Of a stretch of DNA of 64,000 bases, positions 1 to 9,520 are shown piece by piece. Origin of the DNA: an uncultured delta proteobacterium. GTDB taxonomy: Bacteria; Desulfobacterota; Desulfomonilia; UBA1062. Numbering within the stretch: the first letter of the stretch is position 1; each line of letters begins with the position of its first letter. The stretch lies in NCBI GenBank assembly GCA_963785235.1, contig CAWAUM010000011.1:233724-297723 (forward strand), given 5' to 3'. The position numbers and the translations under genes are program-made. Under the pieces are notes generated by a model. The model saw nothing but the letters and a program-made list of their open reading frames with translations. It was not told the DNA's origin and made no database searches.

Positions 1-520
1 TTATGATGTTGCTCTGGAACGGGGGTTCTTGGGACAGACCTTTGATATATGGTGTTTTGGATTCAGAGCTTTCCTGGTTCTGTATGGTAGCAGTCGTTGT
101 GCCCAGCGCCACGGTCTTTAACGGCTGAACCTTATTCTTGATATCCTCTGGGATATCGAAGTCCATGATAAGGAGCTTGTTGTCCTGGGACACAAAGTAG
201 GGGGTCATCTGCTTCATGGCAATATCAAAGACCACATCCTCTTTGTCCTGTCTGGGAAGGATCTCCTGAATGGCTGTTGCAAACTCGGAGGTGATATACG
301 GCCGTGCAAGGCTGTTTGGTATTTTCGCCTTGTTCACCCTCAGCACGATGCTGTTGCCTTCACGGTTCACGTCGTAGGCAGCCTGTCCGTCAAGGCCGAT
401 CTGGAGCCTTGATTTGTTCTCCACATTCATGAAGTCCACACTCTTGATGGTCAATCCGAATGCGGTCAGCGGCATGGCCAGCAAGCCGATTATGAGTACT
501 AGGATGGTATGTCTCTTCAT
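1..520 (-). CDS. pilQ: Type IV pilus secretin PilQ, N-terminal part (gene continues beyond window start)
   Basis: The minus-strand ORF starts at the ATG at 520 and overlaps the pilP stop. Its translation begins MKRHTILVLIIGLLAMPLTAFGLTIKSVDFMNVENKSRLQIGLDG, a signal peptide followed by an AMIN-like beta domain typical of the PilQ N-terminus. It follows pilMNOP in the same orientation. It is not in the ORF track because it runs off the window. Confidence 0.65.
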   Translation of the reverse strand, partial: MKRHTILVLIIGLLAMPLTAFGLTIKSVDFMNVENKSRLQIGLDGQAAYDVNREGNSIVLRVNKAKIPNSLARPYITSEFATAIQEILPRQDKEDVVFDIAMKQMTPYFVSQDNKLLIMDFDIPEDIKNKVQPLKTVALGTTTATIQNQESSESKTPYIKGLSQEPPFQSNII

Positions 521-521
521 G

Positions 522-1046
522 CTACTTTACCCCCTCTTCCTTCTTGAGAGCCAATACAACTTCTCGGGTGGTTATGCGACCCATGTAGTCTTTGAAGTGT
601 TGTTTGATGGTAACGCCGTCTTTTGCAACCCTGGTGACAATTCCATTATTATCACCGATAAGTGTGCCTTCGGTGATAATGTATCCCATTCCTGATGAAT
701 CCTGGATAAGGGCACGGTTCTGTTTGGAGAGGATAACTCCAACGACATAGACCTGTGAAATGGAGAGCCTCTGGAGCGCATCCGGACCCTTATCGCTACC
801 CTGGCCTATCTCACCTGGGTTGATACCCGCGAAGGGCTGGAAAGGGTCGCGAATGCCTATTATTTGGTATTCCGGTTTTTTCTCTTCCTCCTGGACAAGC
901 ACCGGTGTAACCACTTCAGCCTTTTTCTGGGTTGCGGGATGCGGGGGCTGACCTGTTGTACCTGTTGACGGCTGCTTGCAACCTGGCAAGGCGAAGAGCA
1001 CTCCGGTCAAAAGCACGATCAGGAAGGAGTAGATAATTCTTTTCAT
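522..1046 (-). CDS. pilP: Type IV pilus assembly lipoprotein PilP
   Basis: 174 aa with a lipobox (LFALPGCKQ), a Pro/Thr-rich linker and a C-terminal beta domain. It sits in the pilM-N-O-P-Q gene order. Confidence 0.65.
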   Translation of the reverse strand: MKRIIYSFLIVLLTGVLFALPGCKQPSTGTTGQPPHPATQKKAEVVTPVLVQEEEKKPEYQIIGIRDPFQPFAGINPGEIGQGSDKGPDALQRLSISQVYVVGVILSKQNRALIQDSSGMGYIITEGTLIGDNNGIVTRVAKDGVTIKQHFKDYMGRITTREVVLALKKEEGVK

Positions 1047-1660
1047 TTCTTCCCTCCTTTAGCTGCATCCGCAACTGGTGGTTCGGGCTTTGCCGTTTCA
1101 ATGAACTTATAGGTAACGGCCTTGCAGGACGTGGCCACCATCGTACCGCCCGCGGGGTCTTTTTTAGGGGTGCCTGTAGAGATGTCCACGATGTTGACTA
1201 TCCTGGGCATCCTGGAAACATTGTTAAAGAAGGTTACTATGTCGCGGTATTTCCCCTCAACCTGGATATCTACCGGGATCTCAGCAAAAAAGTTCTTGGC
1301 AACCTCGGGCAAGGGTTTGAAAAGTTTAAACTGCAACCCCGCTGCTGTCCCCAGCGAGGAGACATTTTCCAGCAGTGTCGGTATTTCACTTTTATCAGGG
1401 AGTTGTTTCAGGGCAATGTAGAGCTTGGCCCTTGTTTGTTCAAGTTCGGCAAGGTACCTGGCTTTTTCCTTTACGATCACCTTTTTGGCTGCAAGCTCGG
1501 ACTTGAGTTGATTCAACTCCGGCTCTATGGTCCTGATATCGGTGAGTACCGGTTTGTAGAATACCTGCCAGTAGACACCGAGGATTGCAGCCAGGATGAC
1601 CACGAGGACAAGCACCTTAATAAGCGCTTTCTGTCGTAAGAGTATATCGATTATATTCAT
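1043..1660 (-). CDS. pilO: Type IV pilus assembly protein PilO
   Basis: 205 aa with a single N-terminal TM helix followed by a coiled-coil. It occupies the position after pilN in the conserved pilMNOPQ order. Its start overlaps the pilP stop. Confidence 0.65.
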   Translation of the reverse strand: MNIIDILLRQKALIKVLVLVVILAAILGVYWQVFYKPVLTDIRTIEPELNQLKSELAAKKVIVKEKARYLAELEQTRAKLYIALKQLPDKSEIPTLLENVSSLGTAAGLQFKLFKPLPEVAKNFFAEIPVDIQVEGKYRDIVTFFNNVSRMPRIVNIVDISTGTPKKDPAGGTMVATSCKAVTYKFIETAKPEPPVADAAKGGKK

Positions 1661-1668
1661 AATCTACC

Positions 1669-2202
1669 TCAGGCTGACAACTTAATCGTGCACGTGATGG
1701 AAAACTTCTGTTTGCCCCCTTCTTGTTGAGAGAGCACAAGGGTCACATTATCGAAATGCTTGGATGCCTGAAGCTGTTTCATGAATGTGGCAATGGTGGT
1801 ATTGTCCACTGCCTGACCTTCTATCACCATGCTGTCGCCCTTGTTGCTCAGAGAGGTGAGCCATGCCTTATCGGGGATTATTGTGCTCAATTCATCCAGT
1901 ACTTCCACCGGGCCGGTTTTCTTGGCATTGAGGTCTTGGATTACATCGAGCTTTTTTTCCAGCTCCTGTTTTTGTTGTTTGAACTTTTCGATCTCGCCGG
2001 CTTCAACGGTGAGCTTCTTGATCTCTATCTTTGTGGCTGCAACTTCCCTTATGAGGGATTCCCTCTGTGATACAATAGAGGCTTGGACGAACCATTCAAA
2101 GATGAGCGTGAGAACAACACAGAGGCCTATAAGGACTATATGCTCCACCAGGGCCTTTTTCCTCAGTTCCAGCCGGATGGGTAATAGATTTATCTTTACC
2201 AT
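1669..2202 (-). CDS. pilN: Type IV pilus assembly protein PilN
   Basis: 177 aa. The N-terminus (MVKINLLP...RKK, then a TM helix) matches the conserved PilN INLLP motif. It overlaps the pilM stop. Confidence 0.7.
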   Translation of the reverse strand: MVKINLLPIRLELRKKALVEHIVLIGLCVVLTLIFEWFVQASIVSQRESLIREVAATKIEIKKLTVEAGEIEKFKQQKQELEKKLDVIQDLNAKKTGPVEVLDELSTIIPDKAWLTSLSNKGDSMVIEGQAVDNTTIATFMKQLQASKHFDNVTLVLSQQEGGKQKFSITCTIKLSA

Positions 2203-3254
2203 TTATAGTCGGCCCTCCTTAATGCAAGGCCCACGGCCACAGCCATCTGTGGTGCGATATAGGCCATATATTCCGGGTCAAACACCCTATCGTCCCATTT
2301 GATATTATTAAAGGGATTGACCACCTCAACCGGGATCTCCATCTGTTTCTCCAGCAGCTTGACAAGACCTGGTATCTTGCTGGATCCGCCACTCATGTAG
2401 ATCTTCTCGATATTCTCATTGACCATGGTGGACAGGAAAAAGTCCAGTGTCCGCCTGATTTCCTGGACATAGGTTTCTGATGCCATCTTAAAGATGTAGT
2501 TGATCTTCTCAAGGTCGATGCCCTCGATGTTCGCCCCGGTCTTAATGTTCTCAGCCCGTTCGTAACTCACGCTGAATTCGCGCTGGATCCTCTCTGTAAG
2601 CTGTCTGCCACCCATGGAGATGTCACGTGCAAAGATCGACATGCCGTCTTTAATGACATTGATGTTGATCATGGAGGCTCCGGCGTTCACGAGCGCCACA
2701 ATAGACTCCGTAGCATCCGGGTAGTTGACTTCATACATGCTCTCCAGGGAGAAGACGTCGATGTCCATGAGCATGGGCTTTAAGCCGGCATTCTTTACGG
2801 CTGAAGAGTAATCATCAACCAATTCCCTCTTGGCGGCTACGATGAGCACATCCATCATGTCTGTTCGCTCCAGGCTCTCGCCTAAGATGAAGGAGTCAAA
2901 ATAGACATCGTTAATATCAAAGGGTATATACTGCTCCGCCTCAACAGGGAGTGTCTGTCTGAGTTCAGCTTCGCTCTGGAGGGGGAGTTCGGCCTTTTTC
3001 ACAATAACGGAATGGCCGGATATTGCAGTGGCCGCGCCGCGGGACCTCACCTTCAGGTTTTCCCTGAGGTTCTTGATGGTATCCACCACGGTCTCAGAAT
3101 CCATAATATCCTTGTCTACGATACACTCGGCAGGGATCAGGCCAAGCCCTAAGGCCTTAAGCTGGTAGCCGCTTCGTGTCTTGGCTATATCCACCATCTT
3201 GATGGATTGTGAGCCGATATCCAAACCAAGCAGATTTTTTTCAAAAAACATCAC
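2196..3254 (-). CDS. pilM: Type IV pilus assembly ATPase-like protein PilM
   Basis: 352 aa. LLGLDIGSQSIKMV is the actin-like ATPase fold start characteristic of PilM. It is the first gene of pilMNOPQ. Confidence 0.85.
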   Translation of the reverse strand: MMFFEKNLLGLDIGSQSIKMVDIAKTRSGYQLKALGLGLIPAECIVDKDIMDSETVVDTIKNLRENLKVRSRGAATAISGHSVIVKKAELPLQSEAELRQTLPVEAEQYIPFDINDVYFDSFILGESLERTDMMDVLIVAAKRELVDDYSSAVKNAGLKPMLMDIDVFSLESMYEVNYPDATESIVALVNAGASMININVIKDGMSIFARDISMGGRQLTERIQREFSVSYERAENIKTGANIEGIDLEKINYIFKMASETYVQEIRRTLDFFLSTMVNENIEKIYMSGGSSKIPGLVKLLEKQMEIPVEVVNPFNNIKWDDRVFDPEYMAYIAPQMAVAVGLALRRADYKW

Positions 3255-3266
3255 ACCACCCCGCGA

Positions 3267-3590
3267 TCAAGACTTTTTCTTTTTGAACACTACGATGGTA
3301 TCTCCGGATCTCACCAAGTTCAACTCCTTTACGATCACATGCTCGATGTATGCCATGTTGTCTTTGAGCATAGTGGCTTCCTGCATCAGCGAAGCATTTT
3401 CCTTTTCGAGCGCTGCAGTTCGATTTTTCAGAGTAGCAAGCTCGCGGTGGAGTTGATAACCTCGAATGATCCCCTTCTCGCCTGGAAGAGTGAACACGAG
3501 CAGTAACGCAATAACCAAGATCAAACCAAAGGTTAAGGAATGCGTAACTGTCATTGTGTTTACTATACTCCATTTGTATTGGGATCGCAT
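3267..3590 (-). CDS. ftsB: Cell division protein FtsB/DivIC family (septum formation initiator)
   Basis: 107 aa with an N-terminal TM helix, then a leucine-zipper-like coiled coil (YQLHRELATLKNRTAALEKENASL) and a C-terminal GDTIVVF motif. Confidence 0.55.
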   Translation of the reverse strand: MRSQYKWSIVNTMTVTHSLTFGLILVIALLLVFTLPGEKGIIRGYQLHRELATLKNRTAALEKENASLMQEATMLKDNMAYIEHVIVKELNLVRSGDTIVVFKKKKS

Positions 3591-3743
3591 TAAAAATCAG
3601 TTCTTCCCTATGCATAGCCTATCTATCGGGAAGGGGAAAGTGAATCTTTAGGAAAATATCAAATTGGTAACAGAGGTTGTCGAGGGAATAGGAATTTGGC
3701 TTGCCGGGTTACGATGTCGTAATGATAGTTCCCATTGTGATGG

Positions 3744-4433
3744 TCATCTTGAGAACCGGTAATGGATCCCTGTGCCCAAACCCAGAAGAAAGCCGCCAAT
3801 ATGGGAAAACCACGCCACCGAACTTGCAGAGTGCATACTGAGGTACCCATGTACACCCTGGATGAAGAACCAGATGAGGATGAAGATAATGGAAGGGACC
3901 TCAATAATCTCAATCAGCAGAATCAATGGGATCAATGTAAGAATACGACCCTTGGGGTTCAGGATAAGATAGGCCCCCATGACGGCTGCAATGGCACCTG
4001 AGGCGCCCACCACAGGGACGGATGACTGGGGATTTATTATGGTGTGTGCATAGAAGGCTGCAAAGATTGCAACGATATAGAAGAGCATAAAGCGAATTAC
4101 TCCCAGATTCTTTTCCAAGGGCGGGCCGAAGACTGACAAGAAGATGAGATTACCGATGAGATGGATGTAGCCTGAATGGATGAACCCCGAGGCAAGAATG
4201 GCCGTATGTACCTTTAAAAAATTTGTATTGCCTACGATGAGGTACCCGGCAATATCAGCAGGGCTTACGCGAAACATATGAAATAGCTGTTCGCCGAGCC
4301 TGATCTCCTGAATGAACATAGCTAGGTTCAAGATTATAAGACAGGCGGTTGCTGGGGCAAAACCTCTGGGGGCGCTTGTGTCCCGGACGGGGATCATGGG
4401 TGAAGCAATACCATGAAAAGATCTATGGGGCAA
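3744..4433 (-). CDS. Rhomboid family intramembrane serine protease
   Basis: 229 aa, multi-TM. It carries the GASGAIAAVMGAY (GxSG) catalytic serine motif and a downstream HIGGFLLG catalytic His helix. Confidence 0.75.
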   Translation of the reverse strand: MPHRSFHGIASPMIPVRDTSAPRGFAPATACLIILNLAMFIQEIRLGEQLFHMFRVSPADIAGYLIVGNTNFLKVHTAILASGFIHSGYIHLIGNLIFLSVFGPPLEKNLGVIRFMLFYIVAIFAAFYAHTIINPQSSVPVVGASGAIAAVMGAYLILNPKGRILTLIPLILLIEIIEVPSIIFILIWFFIQGVHGYLSMHSASSVAWFSHIGGFLLGLGTGIHYRFSR

Positions 4434-4465
4434 GGTGATCGCATTATGGTATATATGTACTTGCC

Positions 4466-4684
4466 ATGAGACAACTCGGGACCCCGCTTATCTTTGCCGG
4501 TATCATAGTGATACTTCTGGGCATCTTTTTTAGTATGGGAGGCAGCTTATCCTGGCTGGGAAGGTTGCCCGGCGATATGAGGATTACAAGGCCGGGCTTC
4601 AATTTCTATTTCCCCATAACAACGTCCATATTTTTAAGCATCATAGTCAGCCTGGTGCTGTACCTTATCAGGCATTTCAGATGA
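4466..4684 (+). CDS. DUF2905 family small membrane protein
   Basis: 72 aa with two TM helices and the conserved motifs LPGD...NF.FYFPITTSI.LSIIVS. Confidence 0.55.
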   Translation: MRQLGTPLIFAGIIVILLGIFFSMGGSLSWLGRLPGDMRITRPGFNFYFPITTSIFLSIIVSLVLYLIRHFR

Positions 4685-5952
4685 GAGATGTGTCTTTAGA
4701 CAACTTCATTGCATGGTTTGTTCGCATGAACTCAAAGGCCAGCTTTACCTTTGATGAAGGGGGGAGAGCATTTCATCCGGTTGCACCTTCTCATCCGGTT
4801 AATCTTTACATCCACATTCCATTTTGCGTGCAGCTCTGCCCGTACTGCTCTTTCCACCGTTATCAATTTGAAGAGGGTGTGGCCAGGGAATATTTCCTGG
4901 CATTGAGACAGGAGTTGCAGCTCTATGCGCAGAAGGGTTTTTGTTTCTCATCGGTCTATATAGGGGGCGGAACCCCAACGGTCCTGATGGATGAGCTTTT
5001 TTGTACCATCGGGCTCATCAATACCCTGTTCTCTCCGGCAGAGATTTCTGTAGAGACAAACCCGGACCGTCTTGATAAAGGGCTCCTGGCTTCTCTTGCC
5101 AATGCGGGGGTGGGAAGGGTATCGGTGGGCATCCAGAGCTTTTCTGACGAGATCTTGAAGGCTATCGGGCGATATGAAAAGTACGGCAGCGGAGATGAAC
5201 TGGCCCACAAGGTCTCAGAGGCAATGGGTATTGTGGAAACCTTGAATGTGGACATGATATACAACTTCCCCATTCAGGACTCCTCTATGCTCGAACATGA
5301 CCTCAGGACACTTCTGAAGATTCTCCCGGACCAGGTCACCTTCTATCCTCTTATGATATCCCAGGCCACCCGTGCTCAGATGGAAGGTATCATGGGGAAA
5401 GGCAGCCCTGAGACAGGGAGGTTTTTTTATGCCATGATTACATCAGAGCTTGAATCTGTGTATACGCCAAATTCAGCGTGGTGCTTTTCCCGGGGCGGTG
5501 CACCCATGATCGATGAATACGTGGTTGGCGGCCAGGAGTACGCAGGAGCCGGTAGCGGTGCCTTTGGTCTGGTGAATGGGGTAATGTATGCGAATACCTT
5601 TTCACTACCAGAGTATGTGAAATCGATAAAATCCTCTAAGCTGCCCATCAAACATGCCAAGACCTTCTCGCGCCATGAAATGGCCCGCTACTGCCTTCTC
5701 ATGAACCTTTTCGGACTCAAGCTTGATCTCGGATTATTCAGACAACGTTTCGGGCATTCCGTGTGGAGGCTGCTCGGGCCGGAGATACTCTTTTTTATTC
5801 TGGCCGGGGCTTTTCGCATAACACCCGGACAGATAAGCCTGACCAAGCGTGGGCGATACTACTGGGTCATCATGATGAGAGAATTCTTTACCGGTGTGGA
5901 CAATTTTCGTGATGCAAGCAGGGAGGCTGTTCTCCTTAAAGCAGGCGATTGA
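4681..5952 (+). CDS. hemW: Radical SAM HemN/HemW family protein (heme chaperone / coproporphyrinogen-III oxidase-like)
   Basis: 423 aa. CVQLCPYCSF is a CxxxCxxC radical-SAM cluster, and IYIGGGTPT is the HemN-family signature. Confidence 0.7.
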   Translation: MRDVSLDNFIAWFVRMNSKASFTFDEGGRAFHPVAPSHPVNLYIHIPFCVQLCPYCSFHRYQFEEGVAREYFLALRQELQLYAQKGFCFSSVYIGGGTPTVLMDELFCTIGLINTLFSPAEISVETNPDRLDKGLLASLANAGVGRVSVGIQSFSDEILKAIGRYEKYGSGDELAHKVSEAMGIVETLNVDMIYNFPIQDSSMLEHDLRTLLKILPDQVTFYPLMISQATRAQMEGIMGKGSPETGRFFYAMITSELESVYTPNSAWCFSRGGAPMIDEYVVGGQEYAGAGSGAFGLVNGVMYANTFSLPEYVKSIKSSKLPIKHAKTFSRHEMARYCLLMNLFGLKLDLGLFRQRFGHSVWRLLGPEILFFILAGAFRITPGQISLTKRGRYYWVIMMREFFTGVDNFRDASREAVLLKAGD

Positions 5953-5994
5953 AGTGACCCCTGCATAGCCTTCCAGACATTTTGTTGCGAGAGG

Positions 5995-6070
5995 AAAAAA
6001 CCTTACCCGTTCAAAACATGCATCTTGGTGAAACCAAGATGCATGTTTTGAACGGGCCAATTTTTGGTTT
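5995..6070. repeat. Palindromic repeat element copy 1 (23-bp perfect stem, 5-nt loop, T-runs on both sides; candidate bidirectional terminator between convergent hemW-like and dnaA)
   Basis: The sequence is aaaaccttaCCCGTTcaaaacatgcatcttgg-tgaaa-ccaagatgcatgttttgAACGGGccaatttttgg. The same architecture and flanks recur at 22946-23017 in inverted orientation and at 41655-41756. Confidence 0.8.
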
Positions 6071-6122
6071 GCATCTCAAGGATTCTTTTGTTGTGAAATG
6101 TTCTGATGAGGGTAAAAAGCCC

Positions 6123-7469
6123 TCAAGCCGACTCACTGTCAAGCTTCTCAATGAGGAAATCAATCTCCCGCTTCACCTTGAGGTTCTGTGTGTACTGGGC
6201 CTCGATTGTCTCTAGGGAGTGGATGACAGAGGAGTGCTTCCGGGAGAAGGCCTCGCCAATGATCTGCAGCGGCTCCTCAGTATAACGTCTGCACAGGAAG
6301 ATAGCCACCTGGCGTGGATATACGATGTCCTTCTTCCGTGAAGGTGAGACAATCTTGTCTTTGGGTATGGAAAAATTTTTCGAGATGAAATCAAGAATAT
6401 ACGGGATGTTTATCCGCTGCTGTTTTTCCAGGGTCCCTTCAAGGAGTTCCCGGGCAAGCTCCAGGGTGATCGTACGCTTCATGAGAGAGCTCATGGCGGA
6501 AATGGTCATCACCGCACTTTCCAAGTCCCTGATGCTGGTATGGATGGTATTGCTCATGAACTCCACCACCTCATCGGGCATGCTTACCCCGTTCTTTTTT
6601 GCCTTGTGGCGGACAATCTTGGCCCTCGTTGTCTTATCAGGGCGCTTGATATCGATAACGAGCCCAGAAGATAAGCGTGACCTGAGTCCCTTGTCGATCT
6701 GGGGTATGGAAGTGGGCGGACGGAAGCCCGAGAGGATCACCTGCTTGCCCGCACTGATGAGGTCGTCAAGCACATGGCATAATTCAACCTGGGTCTTTTC
6801 CTTATTTTTGAAGAGATGGACATCATCAATAAAAAAGATATCCATGTTTTGGCTTCGGTATGAGCTTTTGAAGGAACTGAGAAAATTGTTTCTCACCGAG
6901 TGGACATAATCCTGCGTAAAGTCCCTGGCTGTAGTGTACCGCACACTGGTCCCATTGCGTAATGAAACGAGCTTGTTCCCTATGGCATGGGAGATGTGGC
7001 TCTTTCCAAGACCCACATCGGAATAAAAGTACAGAGGGTTATACCGGCGCAGATCCCCTTCGGAGACCGCAAGTGCCGCCTCATAGGCAAAGGCATTGCA
7101 TTTGCCCACTACAAACTCGTCAAAGGTGAATTGGGCATTGAGTCCGGATGAGGCCGGCGTTGGAAGATGTGAGGGCAGGCTCATCTGAATGGGAAGGCTA
7201 TCAGCCTGCGCCGGCCTTTGTGCCTGATGCTCGCTGAGAGGATTTACGCAGAACTCAACATCTGCCGGTCTGCCGAGATGAGACCTGACAGATGAGATGA
7301 TAAGATCTTTATAAACCCGGGATATATGCCTCTGGGCAAAGACATTGGGACAGCGGACAAAGACAGTGCCATCCTCCTCACAGATATCGATCTGGTCTAT
7401 GAGCGCCCTGTCCGATGCGGCATGCGACATTGAGAGAATAGATTCTTTAATAATTGCAAAGTGATTCAC
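6123..7469 (-). CDS. dnaA: Chromosomal replication initiator protein DnaA
   Basis: 448 aa. It has Walker A (GLGKSHISHAIGNK), Walker B (FFIDDVHLF), a sensor region and the C-terminal DnaA DNA-binding helix (VYPRQVAIFLCRRYTEEPLQIIGEAF). Confidence 0.92.
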   Translation of the reverse strand: MNHFAIIKESILSMSHAASDRALIDQIDICEEDGTVFVRCPNVFAQRHISRVYKDLIISSVRSHLGRPADVEFCVNPLSEHQAQRPAQADSLPIQMSLPSHLPTPASSGLNAQFTFDEFVVGKCNAFAYEAALAVSEGDLRRYNPLYFYSDVGLGKSHISHAIGNKLVSLRNGTSVRYTTARDFTQDYVHSVRNNFLSSFKSSYRSQNMDIFFIDDVHLFKNKEKTQVELCHVLDDLISAGKQVILSGFRPPTSIPQIDKGLRSRLSSGLVIDIKRPDKTTRAKIVRHKAKKNGVSMPDEVVEFMSNTIHTSIRDLESAVMTISAMSSLMKRTITLELARELLEGTLEKQQRINIPYILDFISKNFSIPKDKIVSPSRKKDIVYPRQVAIFLCRRYTEEPLQIIGEAFSRKHSSVIHSLETIEAQYTQNLKVKREIDFLIEKLDSESA

Positions 7470-7727
7470 AAAAAACCCCCACAGAGAGTAAATTCATAGT
7501 TAACGGGTGACATAATGGGTCTAGTGAAAAAAAAGGTCAAAGGTGAAACACCCCGGTTATAGGTAGACCGTGTTAATTTTGTGTAAAGGGAAATAACTAT
7601 AGTAATATTAATAACATGAATAGCGGATCGCGACATTCAGGGCATCTGGTGGCACCCGTTCAGGACTCTGGTCGTACCTGGTTCCGGAAGTCTTATCTAC
7701 ATTTTGTAGAAAACTGATGAGCTCTTA
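7470..7727. promoter_or_regulatory. dnaA upstream AT-rich region with one DnaA-box-like 9-mer (TTATCTACA at about 7694)
   Basis: This is the intergenic region between the dnaA start and the glgA end. It contains an AT-rich tract (ctatagtaatattaataacatgaatag) and a single box one mismatch from the TTATCCACA consensus. Confidence 0.25.
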
Positions 7728-9162
7728 TTATCTTGATCTTTCTTTGAAAACTTTGAGATTACGATAGATGAGTGAATACTGCCCGGCAGGTTTTGCCCAG
7801 CTCACATCGAGTTCCATTGCATTGCTTATCATAGCATTAAGCAGGTCTCTCTCATCTTTAAAGATTCTGCATGCCTGTGAGACCGCATGCAGCAGTGCTT
7901 CCGTGTCTGGGGTAGGTCACCCGCAGGCCTGTGGGGTTATCGCCTTCGCCAAGGGCAGTGACCGTATCCCGTAAGCCCCCTACACCGGTAACGATGGGGA
8001 TGGTACCATAGCGCATGCTGATCAGCTGGTTTAGCCCGCACGGCTCGAACCGGGAAGGCATGAGAAAAAAATCAGATCCTGCCTCGATGGCATGGGCCTT
8101 TGTCTCATCGAACCCTATGAAGATACCGACCTGTCCGCCGAATTCCTGATGGAGTTCGGCGAGTTTGCGCTCAAAGGCAGGGTTCCCGTTTCCGAGAATG
8201 ACTAATTTGGCACCCATGGCCGCTATCTTCGGGATGGCATCCAGTACGCAATCGATGCCCTTCTGCTCAACGAGGCGGCTGATGAGCCCGAATACCGGGG
8301 CGTCGTCAAGGGCCAATGAGAACATCTCCAGTAGAGCCCTTTTGCACAAGGCCTTGCCCTTTAAATCCCTTGCAGAATACTGAGAAGCTATGAGGATGTC
8401 TTCAGCCGGATTCCATGTATCGATATCTATGCCGTTGGCAATACCGGTGAGCTTATATGAAATGGCTTTGAGGAGCCCATCGAGGCCGCTTCCGAACTCA
8501 CTTGTCTGGATCTCCTGGGCATAAGTGGGGCTCACGGTATTCACTGCATCGGCAAATATAAGCCCGGCCTTCATGATGTTTATCCTGCCATAATATTCCA
8601 TGGCATCAGGGTGGAATAACTCGTGCGGCAGGAAGAGCATGGACCAGAGTATGGCATCGAAGAGGCCCTGGTAGGCTAGGTTATGGATGGTGAACAGGCT
8701 GCCGACCTTCTCGATGCCTGCGTCTTTCATGTAGGCAAGCACCAGGGCTGTCTGCCAGTCATTGCAGTGGACGATATCCACATCACCCATGAGCCTGATC
8801 ATCTCCACACATGCCCGCGAGAAGAAGGCGAAGCGCTCGAGGTTATCCGGATAATCGTAGCCCGCAAAGGAATACAGACCTGTCCGGTCAGAGAACAGCG
8901 GATGCGAAATGAAGTAGGTCGTGCCATGCGAGAAGATCTTCGCTTCCGAAATCCCCGTTCCGGTGAGGACCGATATATCGCCATGGGGCTTCAGTGCAAG
9001 TCCCATGTTCATGACTTCACGGTACAGCGGCATCACCACGGAACAATCAATACCCTGCCGGTTAAGCTCGGCAGGCAGGGCCGCGCTTACATCCGCCAGT
9101 CCCCCGGTCTTTGCATACGGAGTGACCTCGGATGAACATACCAATACCTTCATAACAGCCAT
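7728..9162 (-). CDS. glgA: Glycogen synthase GlgA (interrupted by one apparent frameshift near 7885)
   Basis: The N-terminus VCSSEVTPYAKTGGLADV carries the KTGGL motif. The ORF 7858-9162 ends prematurely. The authentic C-terminus (EALLHAVSQACRIFKDERDLLNAMISNAMELDVSWAKPAGQYSLIYRNL) is read in the +1 frame down to about 7728. Confidence 0.8.
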
Positions 9163-9520
9163 AGTTTATACCATACACTAAGAATGGTCGGGCAGTAAAG
9201 ACAAGGGAGTACAAACCCGGATTTTACAGGTGGACATGTCCATGAATAGGTTCTGTACTTCAGAAGCACCTTAAACAGTAAACCAAAAGTGTCCATGGAT
9301 TGCTTTTAAAATAGGCCGTTCATCCTTCACTTGCAGCTCAGGACAGAAATTAGCATTCCCAAACTGCATGAATGCACAAAATCCATGGGATACAAGGGGT
9401 TCTTCCTATGGAAGTATCCTTTTATATCAGAGAAAAGATCCCTGCATAAAAATAAAAGATCACACATGACATCAGAACGTGAGGTTTACTTTTAGTGCGC
9501 TATCGGGTTAAGCTGAGTTC

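Noticed and set aside
414-695. 93-aa + strand ORF spanning the pilP/pilQ junction
   Set aside because: It overlaps two well-supported minus-strand pilus genes and has no features of a real protein.
7640-7660. TGGCAC motif (possible sigma-54 -24 element) upstream of dnaA
   Set aside because: There is no GC dinucleotide at the -12 spacing (tggcacccgttcagg). It is also on the opposite strand to the only downstream gene, so it is not a credible -24/-12 promoter.
9163-9520. 358-bp gap between glgA and the hypothetical gene, checked for a tRNA or other small RNA gene
   Set aside because: No cloverleaf-compatible segment, conserved T-loop (GTTCRA) in the right context or acceptor-stem pairing was found. 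It is likely just a divergent promoter region.
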